Assembly (NCBI GenBank): GCA_046590585.1
Contig: JBKJVD010000090.1
Coordinates: 1 to 61,470 of the forward strand
Direction: 5' to 3'
Origin: Thermoanaerobaculia bacterium
Lineage (GTDB): Bacteria > Acidobacteriota > Thermoanaerobaculia > Gp7-AA8
DNA: 61,470 bases
Made by a program: the position numbers and the translations under genes. Below the pieces are notes generated by a model that had not been told where the DNA came from, made no database searches, and was given only the letters and a program-made list of their open reading frames with translations. Positions within the stretch are counted from its first letter, which is position 1. Every line of letters starts with the position of its first letter. Positions 27,046 through 37,597 of the stretch are shown one piece after another.

Positions 27046-30000
27046 ATGAAAAGCGCACCCGCACCAGGCAACGAGAAAGCCCGCCTCGAAGCATTGCGCG
27101 AGTACGACATTCTCGACACCGACGCTGAACTCGCGTTCGACGACATCACCAGGGTGGCATCGGAGATCTGCGGAACACCAATCGCGCTCATCAGCCTCAT
27201 CGACGAGAAGCGGCAATGGTTCAAGTCTCGAATCGGACTGGAAGCCTCAGAGACGCCGCGCGAGCTGGCGTTCTGCGCTCACGCCATCCTCAAACCGGAT
27301 GAGGTGATGGTGGTTCCCGACACCGCACTCGACCCGCGCTTCGCCGACAACCCGCTGGTCAGTTCGTATCCCAACATCCGTTTCTATGCGGGAGCACCAA
27401 TCGTCACGCACGACGGGTTGGGGCTTGGGACACTCTGCATCATCGACGACAAGCCTCGCGTGGTGACCGAGAGCCAGAAGGAGGCCCTGGCCGCGCTCTC
27501 CCGGCAGGTCGTGGCACAGCTCGACCTGCGCAAGACCGTACGGGACCTGAGGCAGACCGGCGAGGAACGGGAGCACGCCGAACAGGTGCTCCGGGCGGCG
27601 CTCGAAGAACGGACCGCATTCCAGCCCGAACGCACGCGGCTGCGGAATGTGTGGCCATGGGTGACGCTGGCATTCGTCGTTCCGATGATCCTCACGCTGT
27701 TCGCTGCGGCCCTCTCCAGCCAGGAGATCGAGCGGCGGCGGCACGACCGGTTCGAACGCCTGGTCGCGCAGGCCGGGCAGCAACTGGTCAGCCGGATCGA
27801 CGGGTACGAACGAATTCTCGAGGGCGCGAAGGCGCTGTTTGCCGCCAGCGATGACGTGACCGGCGCGGAGTGGAAGAGATACGTCGGCGCACTTCAAATT
27901 GAGAGGCACTATCCCGGACTGCGCGTCGTCGGAGTCGTTAAATCGGTTCCCGACGCCGAGGTGGCCGCGTTCGAGGCGTCACGGCGTGCGGAACTGGGAG
28001 AGTTCCGGATTCACCCCCGGCAGTCACGCCCTGTGCACTACCCGATCACGTACGTCGAGCCTCTCCACCAGAACGAAATCTCCCGTGGCTTCGATTTCGC
28101 CTCCGAGACGCTGCGCCGGACTGCAGCGGAGGCTTCACGCGATCTTGGTGTTCCCGTGATCACGCGGCGTATTGCACTCGTGCAGGATCCGGAACGCGCA
28201 CCCGGCTTCATCCTCCTGGTTCCGATCTATCGACGCGGGCTGCCCACCGACACCCCCGCGCTACGACGCGCCGCATTGCAGTGCTGGGTCTACGCAGCAT
28301 TCCGTGCGCCCGATGTCATGGCCAACGTACTCGGTGCGAGTAATCGCGAACTGCGGATGCAGGTCTTCGATGGCGTCGGCGCCCACGCGTCACTGCTGTT
28401 CGACAGTGCTCCCGACGCGCAGATCGGAGACTCCAGCCTGACATCCAGCCAGATGGTCTCCATCTATCGCGAGAGGTGGCAGCTTCGCTTCTCGGCATTG
28501 CCCCGCTTCGAGGAGCGATCGCGCAGGACGATCCCACTCGTCATCCTCATCTTCGGCCTGGTCGTCAGTTTCCTGCTCGCTACGATCGTCTGGAGCATCG
28601 CCAGCACCCGCGGACGTGCGCTCGCGATCGCCGACCATATGACCCACGCCCTTCGGGCCAGCCAGTCCCGCACTTCGACCATCGTGAACAACATGGCTGA
28701 AGCCCTCATCACCACCGACAGCCGCGGCGCGATCCACTCGCTGAATCGCGTCGCCGAACAGACGTTCCGAGCCACCCCTTCCGAGGTCATCGGAAGGCCG
28801 CTCCGGGAGTTGATCCCCGACATCACGGAGATCGTGGCGGACGGCGGGAAGTCGTCCGATTCGTTTGGTATCCGCCGCACCGGTGAGATCTTCGCGGCAG
28901 ACGTGAGCATCTCGGCCGAGGAGGATGCCGGCGTCAATGTCGTCATCGTTCGAGACATGTCCGAGCGAAGGCGATCCGAGCGGGCCTTGCGCGAAAGCGA
29001 AGAACGCTTCCGCAATGCGTTCGACAGCGCCGTGATCGGCATGGCCCTCGTCACCAGCGAGGGTATCTGGTTGCGGGTCAATCGGGCTCTGTGCGAGATG
29101 GTCGGCTACTCGGAAGACGAACTGATGCTCAGCCCGATTCGCGACTCCATGCATCCCGACGACCGGGACAACGACAGGCTTCTGCTCAAGCAGTTGATTG
29201 ACGGAGCGGTTCCCAGCTACCAGATCGAGAAGAGGCTCTTCCACAAGGATGGTCATATCGTCTGGGCCCTGATCTCGGTCTCGCTGCTCCGGGACGACAC
29301 GGGCGCGCCGATGTACTTCATCTCCGAGATTCTCGACATCACACGCAACAGGGAGCTGAACGAAGAGCGTGAAAAGGCACGCGAAGCGGCCCTGGAATCG
29401 GCGCGGCTCAAGTCCGAATTCCTCGCCAACATGAGTCATGAGATCCGCACCCCGATGAACGGCGTGATCGGAATGACCGGACTGCTGCTCGATACGCCGC
29501 TCAACGCGGATCAGCGGGATTTTGCGGAGACGATCCGCAGCAGCGCCGAAGGTCTGCTCACGATCATCAACGACATCCTCGACTTCTCGAAGATCGAAGC
29601 AGGCAAGATGACATTCGAGATCACCGACTTTGACCTCCGCTCCACGATCGAGGCCTGCATCGACCTCGTCGCGGAAAGCGCGCAGTCGAAAGGCATCGAA
29701 CTCGCCGCGGACCTCGCCCCCGCCGTCCCGACCGCAGTGCGCGGCGATTCCGGCCGTTTCCGCCAGGTGCTCACGAACCTCCTGAGCAATGCCGTCAAGT
29801 TCACGCACCAGGGTGAAGTGGTGGTCGAGGTCACCCTCCTCGAAGAAAATGATCTCCAGGCATCGGTCCACGTCGCTGTGCGCGACACGGGAATTGGGAT
29901 CGCCGTGGCGAGCCAGTCGCAACTCTTCGAAGCATTCACGCAGGCGGACGCCTCGACCACCCGCCGCTATGGCGGGACCGGACTGGGACTGGCCATCTCC

Positions 30001-31302
30001 CGGCAACTCGTCGAACGGATGGGAGGTGAGATCGGCTTCGATAGCGAACCGGGCAAGGGCTCCGTGTTTCACTTCACGGCGGTGCTCGAAAAACAGCTCG
30101 ACGTTCTTCCTGCGAGTGATCCTGCGTTCGTGATCGCCGGACTCCGTGCGCTGATCGTCGATGACAATGAGACCAACCGCCGGATACTGCGGCATCAACT
30201 CTCCCGCATCTCCATCGCCACCGAGGAGGTTCAAGGGGCGGAGGAAGCACTGAGCGCGCTTCGCACGGCTCACGAACAGGGCAGCCGGTTCGACCTGGCC
30301 ATCCTCGACCTGCAGATGCCGGTCACGGACGGGCTCGATCTCGCCCGGATGATCAAGCGCGATCCCGCGCTCTCACCCACCCGATTGATCCTGCTGACAT
30401 CACTCGGCAGTCGCGAAAGCGGACCTCGCGTGAAGGAGGCCGGCCTTGCCGCATACCTGAGCAAACCGATCAAGCAGCGCACCCTGCATGAAGCCATCCT
30501 CACGGCCATGGATGTGAAACGCGGAACACCCGAAATGCCCGAGACGCCCGCTCCGAGGGCGAGGCAGCAGGGACGCATCCTCGTCGCCGAGGATAACGTC
30601 GTCAACCAGAAGGTCGCTCAGCGTCAGTTGCAGAACCTCGGCTACTTCTCGGACACCGTTGCCAACGGGCTCGAGGCGGTCGAAGCCGTGCGCGGAATTC
30701 CGTACCACCTCGTCCTGATGGACTGCCAGATGCCGGAGATGGACGGCTTCGCTGCGACGGCCGCCATCCGCCAGCGGGAAATCGAGCTTGCACTCCCGAG
30801 AATTCCGATCATTGCCATGACAGCGAACGCGCTGGAGGGAGATCGCGAGCGCTGCATCGCAGCCGGGATGGACGATTACCTTTCCAAGCCCGTCAAGCCT
30901 GGTGAACTCGCCACGATGATCGAACAGTGGATGCTCGCGGAGCCGGATCGGGAACAGATTCTCGATCCCGGAGTTACCGCCTCGCTTCGCTCGATGGGCG
31001 ATGAAGCTTTTTACCAGGAGGTAATCGGCCTCTTTCTGGGCGATGCCCCTCTTCAGCTTGCCGCCATCCGTTCTGCCATCGCCTCGGCCGACGCAGAAGG
31101 CGTACGCGATGCTGCGCACGCTCTCAAGAGTTCCGCCGGCAACGTCGGAGCGGAAGCGCTGTCGCGCGCATCCGCTGCAGTCGAACAGTTGGCCCTCAGC
31201 GGTTCGCTCCAGCGCTCCGCCGAACTTCTGCTCGCACTCGAGCAACGATTCGAGGAGACCAGGACCAGTCTCGAGCGGGAGAGGCAACAGGGACCTGCTT
31301 AG
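27046..31302 (+). CDS. Large hybrid sensor kinase (GAF, TM, CHASE-like, TM, PAS x2, HisKA, HATPase_c, REC x2, HPt)
   Basis: ORF 26989..31302, trimmed to the ATG at 27046. H-box [19 protein letters not shown]; ATPase VRDTGIGI and [13 protein letters not shown] domains [19 protein letters not shown] and [20 protein letters not shown]-terminal HPt [14 protein letters not shown]. Confidence 0.9.
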   Translation: MKSAPAPGNEKARLEALREYDILDTDAELAFDDITRVASEICGTPIALISLIDEKRQWFKSRIGLEASETPRELAFCAHAILKPDEVMVVPDTALDPRFADNPLVSSYPNIRFYAGAPIVTHDGLGLGTLCIIDDKPRVVTESQKEALAALSRQVVAQLDLRKTVRDLRQTGEEREHAEQVLRAALEERTAFQPERTRLRNVWPWVTLAFVVPMILTLFAAALSSQEIERRRHDRFERLVAQAGQQLVSRIDGYERILEGAKALFAASDDVTGAEWKRYVGALQIERHYPGLRVVGVVKSVPDAEVAAFEASRRAELGEFRIHPRQSRPVHYPITYVEPLHQNEISRGFDFASETLRRTAAEASRDLGVPVITRRIALVQDPERAPGFILLVPIYRRGLPTDTPALRRAALQCWVYAAFRAPDVMANVLGASNRELRMQVFDGVGAHASLLFDSAPDAQIGDSSLTSSQMVSIYRERWQLRFSALPRFEERSRRTIPLVILIFGLVVSFLLATIVWSIASTRGRALAIADHMTHALRASQSRTSTIVNNMAEALITTDSRGAIHSLNRVAEQTFRATPSEVIGRPLRELIPDITEIVADGGKSSDSFGIRRTGEIFAADVSISAEEDAGVNVVIVRDMSERRRSERALRESEERFRNAFDSAVIGMALVTSEGIWLRVNRALCEMVGYSEDELMLSPIRDSMHPDDRDNDRLLLKQLIDGAVPSYQIEKRLFHKDGHIVWALISVSLLRDDTGAPMYFISEILDITRNRELNEEREKAREAALESARLKSEFLANMSHEIRTPMNGVIGMTGLLLDTPLNADQRDFAETIRSSAEGLLTIINDILDFSKIEAGKMTFEITDFDLRSTIEACIDLVAESAQSKGIELAADLAPAVPTAVRGDSGRFRQVLTNLLSNAVKFTHQGEVVVEVTLLEENDLQASVHVAVRDTGIGIAVASQSQLFEAFTQADASTTRRYGGTGLGLAISRQLVERMGGEIGFDSEPGKGSVFHFTAVLEKQLDVLPASDPAFVIAGLRALIVDDNETNRRILRHQLSRISIATEEVQGAEEALSALRTAHEQGSRFDLAILDLQMPVTDGLDLARMIKRDPALSPTRLILLTSLGSRESGPRVKEAGLAAYLSKPIKQRTLHEAILTAMDVKRGTPEMPETPAPRARQQGRILVAEDNVVNQKVAQRQLQNLGYFSDTVANGLEAVEAVRGIPYHLVLMDCQMPEMDGFAATAAIRQREIELALPRIPIIAMTANALEGDRERCIAAGMDDYLSKPVKPGELATMIEQWMLAEPDREQILDPGVTASLRSMGDEAFYQEVIGLFLGDAPLQLAAIRSAIASADAEGVRDAAHALKSSAGNVGAEALSRASAAVEQLALSGSLQRSAELLLALEQRFEETRTSLERERQQGPA

Positions 31303-31363
31303 CCCGCTAGCCCGGGCCATTCACGACGGTTGAAGCGAGGCGCGAGCGGATCCGAGAGCGCCA

Positions 31364-34300
31364 TCAATGCCTGCGCAGAGGCAGCACGAAGGTGAACTCG
31401 CTTCCCGTGCCTGGTGCACTCTTCACGAGCAGCAGCCCATCGTGCATCTCGACGAAGCGTTTCACGAGTGTGAGGCCGAGTCCCGTGCCTGGCAGGCGAT
31501 GGCCGCCGACCTGGCGGAACTGTTCGAAGATGAGTTCGTGATCGTGCGCGTCGATCCCGACCCCGCGGTCGATGATGACGACTTCCACCGCATCCCGGCC
31601 GAGCGGCGAATCCTCCGCCATCAGGCTCGCAACCTTCACTCGCACAGTCGACGATTCCGGGGAGAATTTCACCGCGTTCGAGAGCAGGTTGTACAGAATC
31701 TGCTTGACCCGGATCGGGTCGGCCTCCATTGGCGGCATCTGCTCCGGGCTTTCCAGCACGAACGAGACATTCCGTCCCATGGACATTCCTCGCAGCACGC
31801 GAAAGATTCCTTCGATGAGGTCGAGCACATCGACCCGTTCCACGTCGAGCGACATCTTGCCGGCCTCGATTTTGGAGAGGTCGAGAACGTCGTTGATGAT
31901 CCCGAGCAGGTATTCGCCGGAAGCGTTGATGTTGTGGAGGAAGCGCGTCTGCTTCTCGGTGAGCTGGCTCGTCGTCGTCGACTCGAGCACGCTGGAGAAA
32001 CCAATAATCGCGTTGAGAGGGGTGCGCAGCTCATGGCTCATCGTGGCCAGGAATGCACTCTTCGCCTGGTTCGCAGCATCGGCGGCTTCTTTCGCGCGCA
32101 CCAGTTCGCCCTCGGCCCGTATCCGTTCCTGAAGTTCCTGTTGCGCCTCGGTATAAAGACGCGCGTTCTCGATGGCCACCGCCGCCTGCCGGCCAAACGC
32201 CGTGGCGATGCTCAACTGCCGGTCGGCGTAAAAGTTCTCGGCCAGGCTGTCTAGGGTCAGCGCACCGATCACCCGATCGCGCACGACCAGCGGGATTCCG
32301 ATGTTACTGCGCGCATACATCTTCCAGGACGGGTCGTCCGATTCAATGGCGGAGATGAGTGGCGCCCGCTCGCTGACCAGCCTCCGGTTGTAAGGAAACT
32401 CGGAAAGAGGGCGCTCGCGACCGATCTCACTGTCATGGACCCCACGCACCGCGATGACTCGCATCAGTTCGCCGTCGAGCAACTGGATGCTGGCGCTGTC
32501 ATACGGAATCACCTGCCGGATTTCGTCGAGGATCGCTGGCAATACCACAGCCAGGTCGAGGCTCTCGTTGAGAACCTCCGCGCTCGCCTGCAGTCGTTCG
32601 GCGACCTGCCGAAGCTCCGACTCACGCGCGAACAACCTGGCGTTCTCCACGGCTGCGGCCACCTGCCCGGCAATCGTCTCGAGAAGGCGGACATCCTGTT
32701 CGCCGAATCGCCGACCGGCATTGTCCGTATCCACTCCGATCGTACCGATCACCTGCCCCCGGACGATGAGCGGCGCAATGACGATCGACTCGGTTCGCCG
32801 CTCTCGAAACAGCTCGTGGAGTGAGGAGGTCAGGGGGCTGTTCTGGACGTCGGTCACGATGACCGGCCGCGCGTTCTCGATCACGCTCATCGCCGACCCA
32901 TTGCCAGACCCGAGCGGAAACACGATTCCCGCAGCGCTGCCGTAGGTCGAATGCTCGGCCACGACCCGCAGTTCCGTCCGCGCTTCGTTGATGAAGGTGA
33001 TTGAACAATTCCGGACATTGAGCAGTCCGACCATCTCGGTCGTCACCACAGTCAGGGCACGATCGAGATCGATGACGTTCGTGAGCCTCACGGCGAGCCG
33101 GTTGAGCGTCGCCAGCTGTTCGGCATGGATTTCGGCGTCACGCCTGGCTTCCGTCACTTCCTGGAAGAGCCTCTCGAGTTCGTAGTTCGCGACGCGAAGC
33201 TCTTCCTCCGTCTTCTTGAGCGCGGTCACATCGAGCATGAGGCCGTGTGTCGCCAGCGGCCTGCCGTCTTCCACGATGGTCCTGGACTGATTCTGGAACC
33301 AGAGCACGCGGCCGTCGCGGGCCACGAGCCGATGGATGATCTCGATGTTCTCGCCGGTCTCATCCTTGATGGCCAGCAACTGGATGACCGCCTCACGGTC
33401 ATCCGGATGAATCACCTTCCACCAGAGATCGGAATCGCCGAGCCATTCGTCGGGGGTGTATCCAAGAAGTGTCTGCACCTGCGGACTGATGTAACGCGTC
33501 CGCCCCTCCTCGATGGAGTAGTGGTACGTGATCGCGGGGAGTTGCTCGACGAGCGTCCGGTAGCCGGCCTCGGCATCGCGCAACTGCTTCTCCATCGAAG
33601 CGCGCTTGGCGATCTCCGCGTTCGCCGCGGCATAGAGCCGCGCATTCTGCATGGCGATCGCCGCCTGCGCTGCGAACGCCATCGCTACGCGCGCATGCTC
33701 CTCCGTGTAGAACCCGGCCTCCATCTTGTCCGTCGTGAGGAGACCCATCACCTCGTTCGGTGCGAGCAGCGGCACGCCCATCCACGAGTGAATGTGTCTC
33801 GACGTAGGACTCGCATCGACGAAATCCGAGAACGTCGTGACGTCGTTGAGGATCAGCGGCTGCCGCGAACGGATCGCCGTTCCGTTCGGAAGGCGTGGGT
33901 TGTTCAAGTCGAAGCTGATGTTGATGATCCCGTCGACATCCTCGAATCCGATTCCTGCGACGACGACCACCTCGTCCCCGCGCAATTCCTGCACTGACGC
34001 GCTGTCGAACGGAACGACGCTGCGCAACTGCGAGAGGATCGCCTCCAGGACCACCGGAAGTTCGAGTGATGTGCTCAGCGCTTTGGCCGCCTCGACCATC
34101 CGCTCGGCTCGATTCCTTGCCTCGCGTTCCTTCTCGAACAACTCGGCATTGCGGATGGAAATGGCGGCGAGGTTGCCGAAGCGGACCAGCACGTCGATCT
34201 CGTTCTGTCCGAATTCCCGCTGCTCGTCCATCGTGCCGATGCCGAGGACGCCCAGCATCCGCCCCTCGATCCGGAGCGGCACTTCCACGATCGCGGCGTA

Positions 34301-34693
34301 CTCTGCAGAGGAGCTGTCGATCCGGCCCTCCCAGCTGCGATACGCATTCACGAACATCGGCTCGCCCGTCTCGAGCACGCGTCCGGCGATCCCTTCTCCC
34401 CGAACCATTCTGCGTCCGATCTTCTCAACTGAATTGCCGCGGGCGAAGCGGATCTCGATGAACGAGTCGTCCAGCCCGGTCAAGCCGATGAAGCCGTGCC
34501 TGGTGCCGAGCAGGTCTGCCGCTCGATCGATGACCGTCGGCATCAGTTCGTCGAGGTCGAGACGCTGCATGAGAGCCGTAGTCGTGTCGCTGAGCGCTCG
34601 AAGGAGCTCGACCTCGCGCCGCAGGCGATCGACCTCGACGTCGCCAACCGCGTCCTCGGACAGCCGGCTGCTGTGAAGGTCAGATTCGCTCAC
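31364..34693 (-). CDS. Sensor histidine kinase (GAF-GAF-PAS-GAF-GAF-HisKA-HATPase_c)
   Basis: ORF 31364..34693(-) with a GTG start. H-box FLATMSHELRTPLNAIIGF; ATPase IIDRGVGI and GTGLGLTLV. Four segments end in ...AAIAI/AVENARLY/F, typical of GAF C-termini. Confidence 0.9.
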   Translation of the reverse strand: MSESDLHSSRLSEDAVGDVEVDRLRREVELLRALSDTTTALMQRLDLDELMPTVIDRAADLLGTRHGFIGLTGLDDSFIEIRFARGNSVEKIGRRMVRGEGIAGRVLETGEPMFVNAYRSWEGRIDSSSAEYAAIVEVPLRIEGRMLGVLGIGTMDEQREFGQNEIDVLVRFGNLAAISIRNAELFEKEREARNRAERMVEAAKALSTSLELPVVLEAILSQLRSVVPFDSASVQELRGDEVVVVAGIGFEDVDGIINISFDLNNPRLPNGTAIRSRQPLILNDVTTFSDFVDASPTSRHIHSWMGVPLLAPNEVMGLLTTDKMEAGFYTEEHARVAMAFAAQAAIAMQNARLYAAANAEIAKRASMEKQLRDAEAGYRTLVEQLPAITYHYSIEEGRTRYISPQVQTLLGYTPDEWLGDSDLWWKVIHPDDREAVIQLLAIKDETGENIEIIHRLVARDGRVLWFQNQSRTIVEDGRPLATHGLMLDVTALKKTEEELRVANYELERLFQEVTEARRDAEIHAEQLATLNRLAVRLTNVIDLDRALTVVTTEMVGLLNVRNCSITFINEARTELRVVAEHSTYGSAAGIVFPLGSGNGSAMSVIENARPVIVTDVQNSPLTSSLHELFRERRTESIVIAPLIVRGQVIGTIGVDTDNAGRRFGEQDVRLLETIAGQVAAAVENARLFARESELRQVAERLQASAEVLNESLDLAVVLPAILDEIRQVIPYDSASIQLLDGELMRVIAVRGVHDSEIGRERPLSEFPYNRRLVSERAPLISAIESDDPSWKMYARSNIGIPLVVRDRVIGALTLDSLAENFYADRQLSIATAFGRQAAVAIENARLYTEAQQELQERIRAEGELVRAKEAADAANQAKSAFLATMSHELRTPLNAIIGFSSVLESTTTSQLTEKQTRFLHNINASGEYLLGIINDVLDLSKIEAGKMSLDVERVDVLDLIEGIFRVLRGMSMGRNVSFVLESPEQMPPMEADPIRVKQILYNLLSNAVKFSPESSTVRVKVASLMAEDSPLGRDAVEVVIIDRGVGIDAHDHELIFEQFRQVGGHRLPGTGLGLTLVKRFVEMHDGLLLVKSAPGTGSEFTFVLPLRRH

Positions 34694-34817
34694 GATATCC
34701 TGCGCCTCGGCGCGTCCGCCGAGCGATCGGGTGAAGCAAGAACCCGACGTCCGACGTGGCGCAGCGCGAAGTATTTCGCAATGATACCGTCCCGAAGGCC
34801 CAGCGTGGAGCCGTGCT

Positions 34818-35477
34818 TCAGAGCCGACGGTCCGGCTCGATGTTGCCCCTGGCGACTCGGGAGAGTGCCGTCAACTCCGCCTCACCCGTGATCGAGAGGC
34901 CGAGGTCGCGGATCAAGCCGTCCCGGAGGTCGTAGACCCAGCCGTGAACGGCGAGCGCCTGGCCGCGGGTCCACGCTTCCCGCACGACCGTCGTATTGCT
35001 CACGTTCACCACCTGCTCGGTCACATTCAGTTCGCAGAGCCGGTTGACGCGCTCGGTCTCATTCTCGAGCGCGTCCAGCTCTGCCTGATGCTTCCAGCGG
35101 ACATCCTGCACATGACGCAGCCAGTTATCGACGAGCCCCAGCCTTGCGTCCTGCAGCGCCGCAGTCACTCCGCCGCACGCGTAATGACCACAGACGATGA
35201 TGTGCTCCACGCGCAGGACATCCACCGCAAACTGAATCGCCGAGAGGCAATTCAGGTCGGTGTGCACCACGACGTTGGCGACGTTGCGATGGACGAACAT
35301 CTCGCCAGCAGAAAGGCCGACGATCTGATTGGCCGGCACGCGGCTGTCGGAGCATCCGATCCAGAGATAGTGCGGCGCCTGCTGGAGCGAGAGGCGTTCA
35401 AAAAACTCCGGGTCCTGCCGCGTGACCTCGGCGGCCCAGGCGCGGTTGTTCGTCAGAAGGTGATTGAGTAAGTGCAT
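34818..35477 (-). CDS. can: Beta-class carbonic anhydrase
   Basis: ORF 34818..35618(-), trimmed to the ATG at 35477 (MHLLNHLLTNNRAWA). Zinc and active-site motifs GCSDSRVP and VCGHYACGGV. Confidence 0.9.
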   Translation of the reverse strand: MHLLNHLLTNNRAWAAEVTRQDPEFFERLSLQQAPHYLWIGCSDSRVPANQIVGLSAGEMFVHRNVANVVVHTDLNCLSAIQFAVDVLRVEHIIVCGHYACGGVTAALQDARLGLVDNWLRHVQDVRWKHQAELDALENETERVNRLCELNVTEQVVNVSNTTVVREAWTRGQALAVHGWVYDLRDGLIRDLGLSITGEAELTALSRVARGNIEPDRRL

Positions 35478-35537
35478 GTCGAGTCTCGAGTGGCCGGGAT
35501 TGTATGAATGTAGAGGCCGGGAAGCTAGCCGGTCAGC

Positions 35538-35564
35538 GGTTCTTCGGGTCCCCCGGGTTCCTCG
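35538..35564. repeat. GAGGAAC-family short repeat (degenerate, inverted orientation)
   Basis: GGTTCTTCGGGTCCCCCGGGTTCCTCG. Confidence 0.5.
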
Positions 35565-35589
35565 ATTGCGAAAAACGCTCCCTCTCACC

Positions 35590-36330
35590 TGATCAGACGG
35601 TTCTGGCAGCACACTCACCTACGCCGGTCCTCTAACGGCGAAGCCCGTGCCTAATCTCCCTTCTCCCCGCGTGGGAGAAGGGAATCAGCTTGCCTGCGGG
35701 TCGTCGGAATCCAGACGGCTCTTGCCGCACGCTCACGAGAGTCGGACGCTCTGCCGGCGAAGCCCGTGCCTAATCTCCCTTCTCCCCGTGGGAGAAGGTG
35801 GCGCCGCAGCGCCGTACAAGGGGCCGGGCAACATTAGCTTGGCGACCGATTTGGCGTACGAAGACGGTGCAACGGCCGTTAGTCTCACCTGAGCTCTGAA
35901 CTCCGGCGGGATTCAATCAACCTTCGCGCACCCCCTCATCCGGCGCGCCGCGCCACCTTCTCCCGCGCGGGGAGAAGGGAGACAGCTTGCACGCGGGTAG
36001 TCCCATTACTGACCGTTCTGGCGGCACGCCCACGAAAGCCGCTCCTCTCATGGCGAAGCCCGTTCCGAATCTCCCTTCTCCCACGTGGGAGAAAGGGGAG
36101 AAGCTTGCATGCGGATAGTCAAAATCGAGACGGTTCTTGCGGCAAGCTCACGAAAGTAGCGCCGGTTTGTCGGCGAAGCCGTGCCGAAGCTTTCTTCTCC
36201 CGCGGGGAGAAGGGAGAAAGCTTGCATTCGGGTAGTCGGAATCCAGACAGTTCTCGCAGCACGCTCGCGGAAGCCGGTCATCTCACGGCGAAGCCCGTAG
36301 CGGGTTCAGCACTCGGCGAAGCACCCGCCG
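35590..36330. repeat. Tandem array of about 5 hairpin repeat units (115-120 nt), one expanded to the 296-nt long form
   Basis: Units start with GGCGAAGCCCGT at about 35637, 35756, 36052, 36172 and 36287. Each carries CCCTTCTCCC-n3-5-GGGAGAAGG, AGCTTGCATGCGG.TAGTC and GTTCT.GC.GCACGC.CACGA. The unit at 35756-36051 contains the insertion seen at 18508-18785. Confidence 0.85.
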
Positions 36331-36352
36331 CTCAGCAAGTTATGCTTCACGG

Positions 36353-37591
36353 GTGTTTGAAGCATTTCAGGAAACTGACTACCGGCGATTCTGGGTCTCG
36401 CAGTTTTTCTCGAACGTTGGTTCGTGGATGCAGGCGGTGGCGCAGGGGTACCTGGTTTACCACCTCACCGACTCTGCCTTCCTGCTCGGCTTTGTCGGAT
36501 TTGCGAACGCGATCCCTTCGTTTTTCCTGATGCTTTACGGAGGGGTGCTCGCCGATCATCTCGACCGGAGGCGCGTGGTCATCGTGTCGCAGTGGGCGCA
36601 GGCGCTGGCCGCCCTCGCCCTGGCGATTTCCATTCGTACAGGTCACCTCGCCGTCTGGCAGATCGTGGCGGCCGCATTCGTGAGCGGCATCGCGATCTCG
36701 TTCTCAGCGCCGGCGTGGCAGGCGATGGTGCTCGACCTGCTCGACGATCGTTCGCGACTCGCCAACGCTGTGGCCATGAACTCGCTGCAATTCCAGCTCT
36801 CGAGAGCCCTGGGACCGCTGCTGGCCGGCGCCATGCTGTCGGCCTTCGGTGGCTTCTGGTGCTTCTTCATCAATGCGATTTCGTTTCTTCCGCTGATCTG
36901 GATTCTCGAGCGCATCAAGCCGCGGCAGCAACATGTGGCGGCAACGGGAGCGGTGTGGGAGAGGCTACGCGCCGGGTTCGCCTATGTGCGCGCCGACCGG
37001 CGCATCATGCTCGCGCTGTTCGTCTCGGGGGCCGCCAGCGCGTTCGGCTTTCCCTACCTCAACCTCATGCCGATCGTGGCGCGGCGTCTCTACCTCGCGG
37101 AAGAAGCACGCGGCCTTGGGTACCTGATGGGATCCATTGGCGCGGGCGCGCTCCTAGGCTCACTCTTTCTCTCCGTGAAGACGCCGCCGCGCCGGGTGAT
37201 GCTTCCGGCCATCGTCGTAATGCTCGCCCTGTTCGGGATCGCGCTCAGCGGCGTCGGATACCTCCGCGTACCTCTCGCGACGATGTCGTTGCTCTTTCTC
37301 TGCGGTGTGGTGATGGTCGTCTGCCTCGCGCTCTGCAACACTTCGATCCAGCAGCGCGTCCCGGACGACATGCGCGGCCGCGTCCTCAGCATGTACACCT
37401 TCTCGTTCTACGCCTTCTTCCCGTTCGGCAACCTTGGAAGCGGTGCGCTGGCCGAGCATTACGGCATCGGTCTCACGCTGGCGATGCTCGGAGGGATTCT
37501 GGTCGTCTGCGCCATGACGGCCGCGTTCCTGCTGCGCAGCATCGGACCCCACTCCGACACCGCGTCTCCCGCACCCGTGATGCCGCAGTGA
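36353..37591 (+). CDS. MFS transporter (MFS_3 / EntS-like)
   Basis: ORF 36353..37591 with a GTG start. ...YRRFWVSQFFSNVGSWMQAVAQGYLVY, GGVLADHLDRRRV and about 12 hydrophobic segments. Confidence 0.85.
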   Translation: MFEAFQETDYRRFWVSQFFSNVGSWMQAVAQGYLVYHLTDSAFLLGFVGFANAIPSFFLMLYGGVLADHLDRRRVVIVSQWAQALAALALAISIRTGHLAVWQIVAAAFVSGIAISFSAPAWQAMVLDLLDDRSRLANAVAMNSLQFQLSRALGPLLAGAMLSAFGGFWCFFINAISFLPLIWILERIKPRQQHVAATGAVWERLRAGFAYVRADRRIMLALFVSGAASAFGFPYLNLMPIVARRLYLAEEARGLGYLMGSIGAGALLGSLFLSVKTPPRRVMLPAIVVMLALFGIALSGVGYLRVPLATMSLLFLCGVVMVVCLALCNTSIQQRVPDDMRGRVLSMYTFSFYAFFPFGNLGSGALAEHYGIGLTLAMLGGILVVCAMTAAFLLRSIGPHSDTASPAPVMPQ

Positions 37592-37597
37592 GCAGCC

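Noticed and set aside
28390-30273. Very long antisense ORFs opposite recognised genes. Examples: 28390..30273(-), 39969..41387(+), 49742..51142(-), 50908..52074(-), 867..2090(+), 12329..13381(+), 22163..23017(-), 23115..24068(-), 26057..27049(+), 42571..43734(-), 36424..37617(+).
   Set aside because: These are typical high-GC shadow ORFs. They are Arg/Gly/Pro/His-rich, carry no recognisable motifs, and each lies opposite or out of frame to a gene with clear domain signatures and high GC3.
35590-36330. The regularly spaced repeat array might be a CRISPR locus.
   Set aside because: The units are 115-120 nt, contiguous and imperfect. The sequence between the hairpins is itself conserved between units, so there are no unique spacers. 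No cas genes are in the window.
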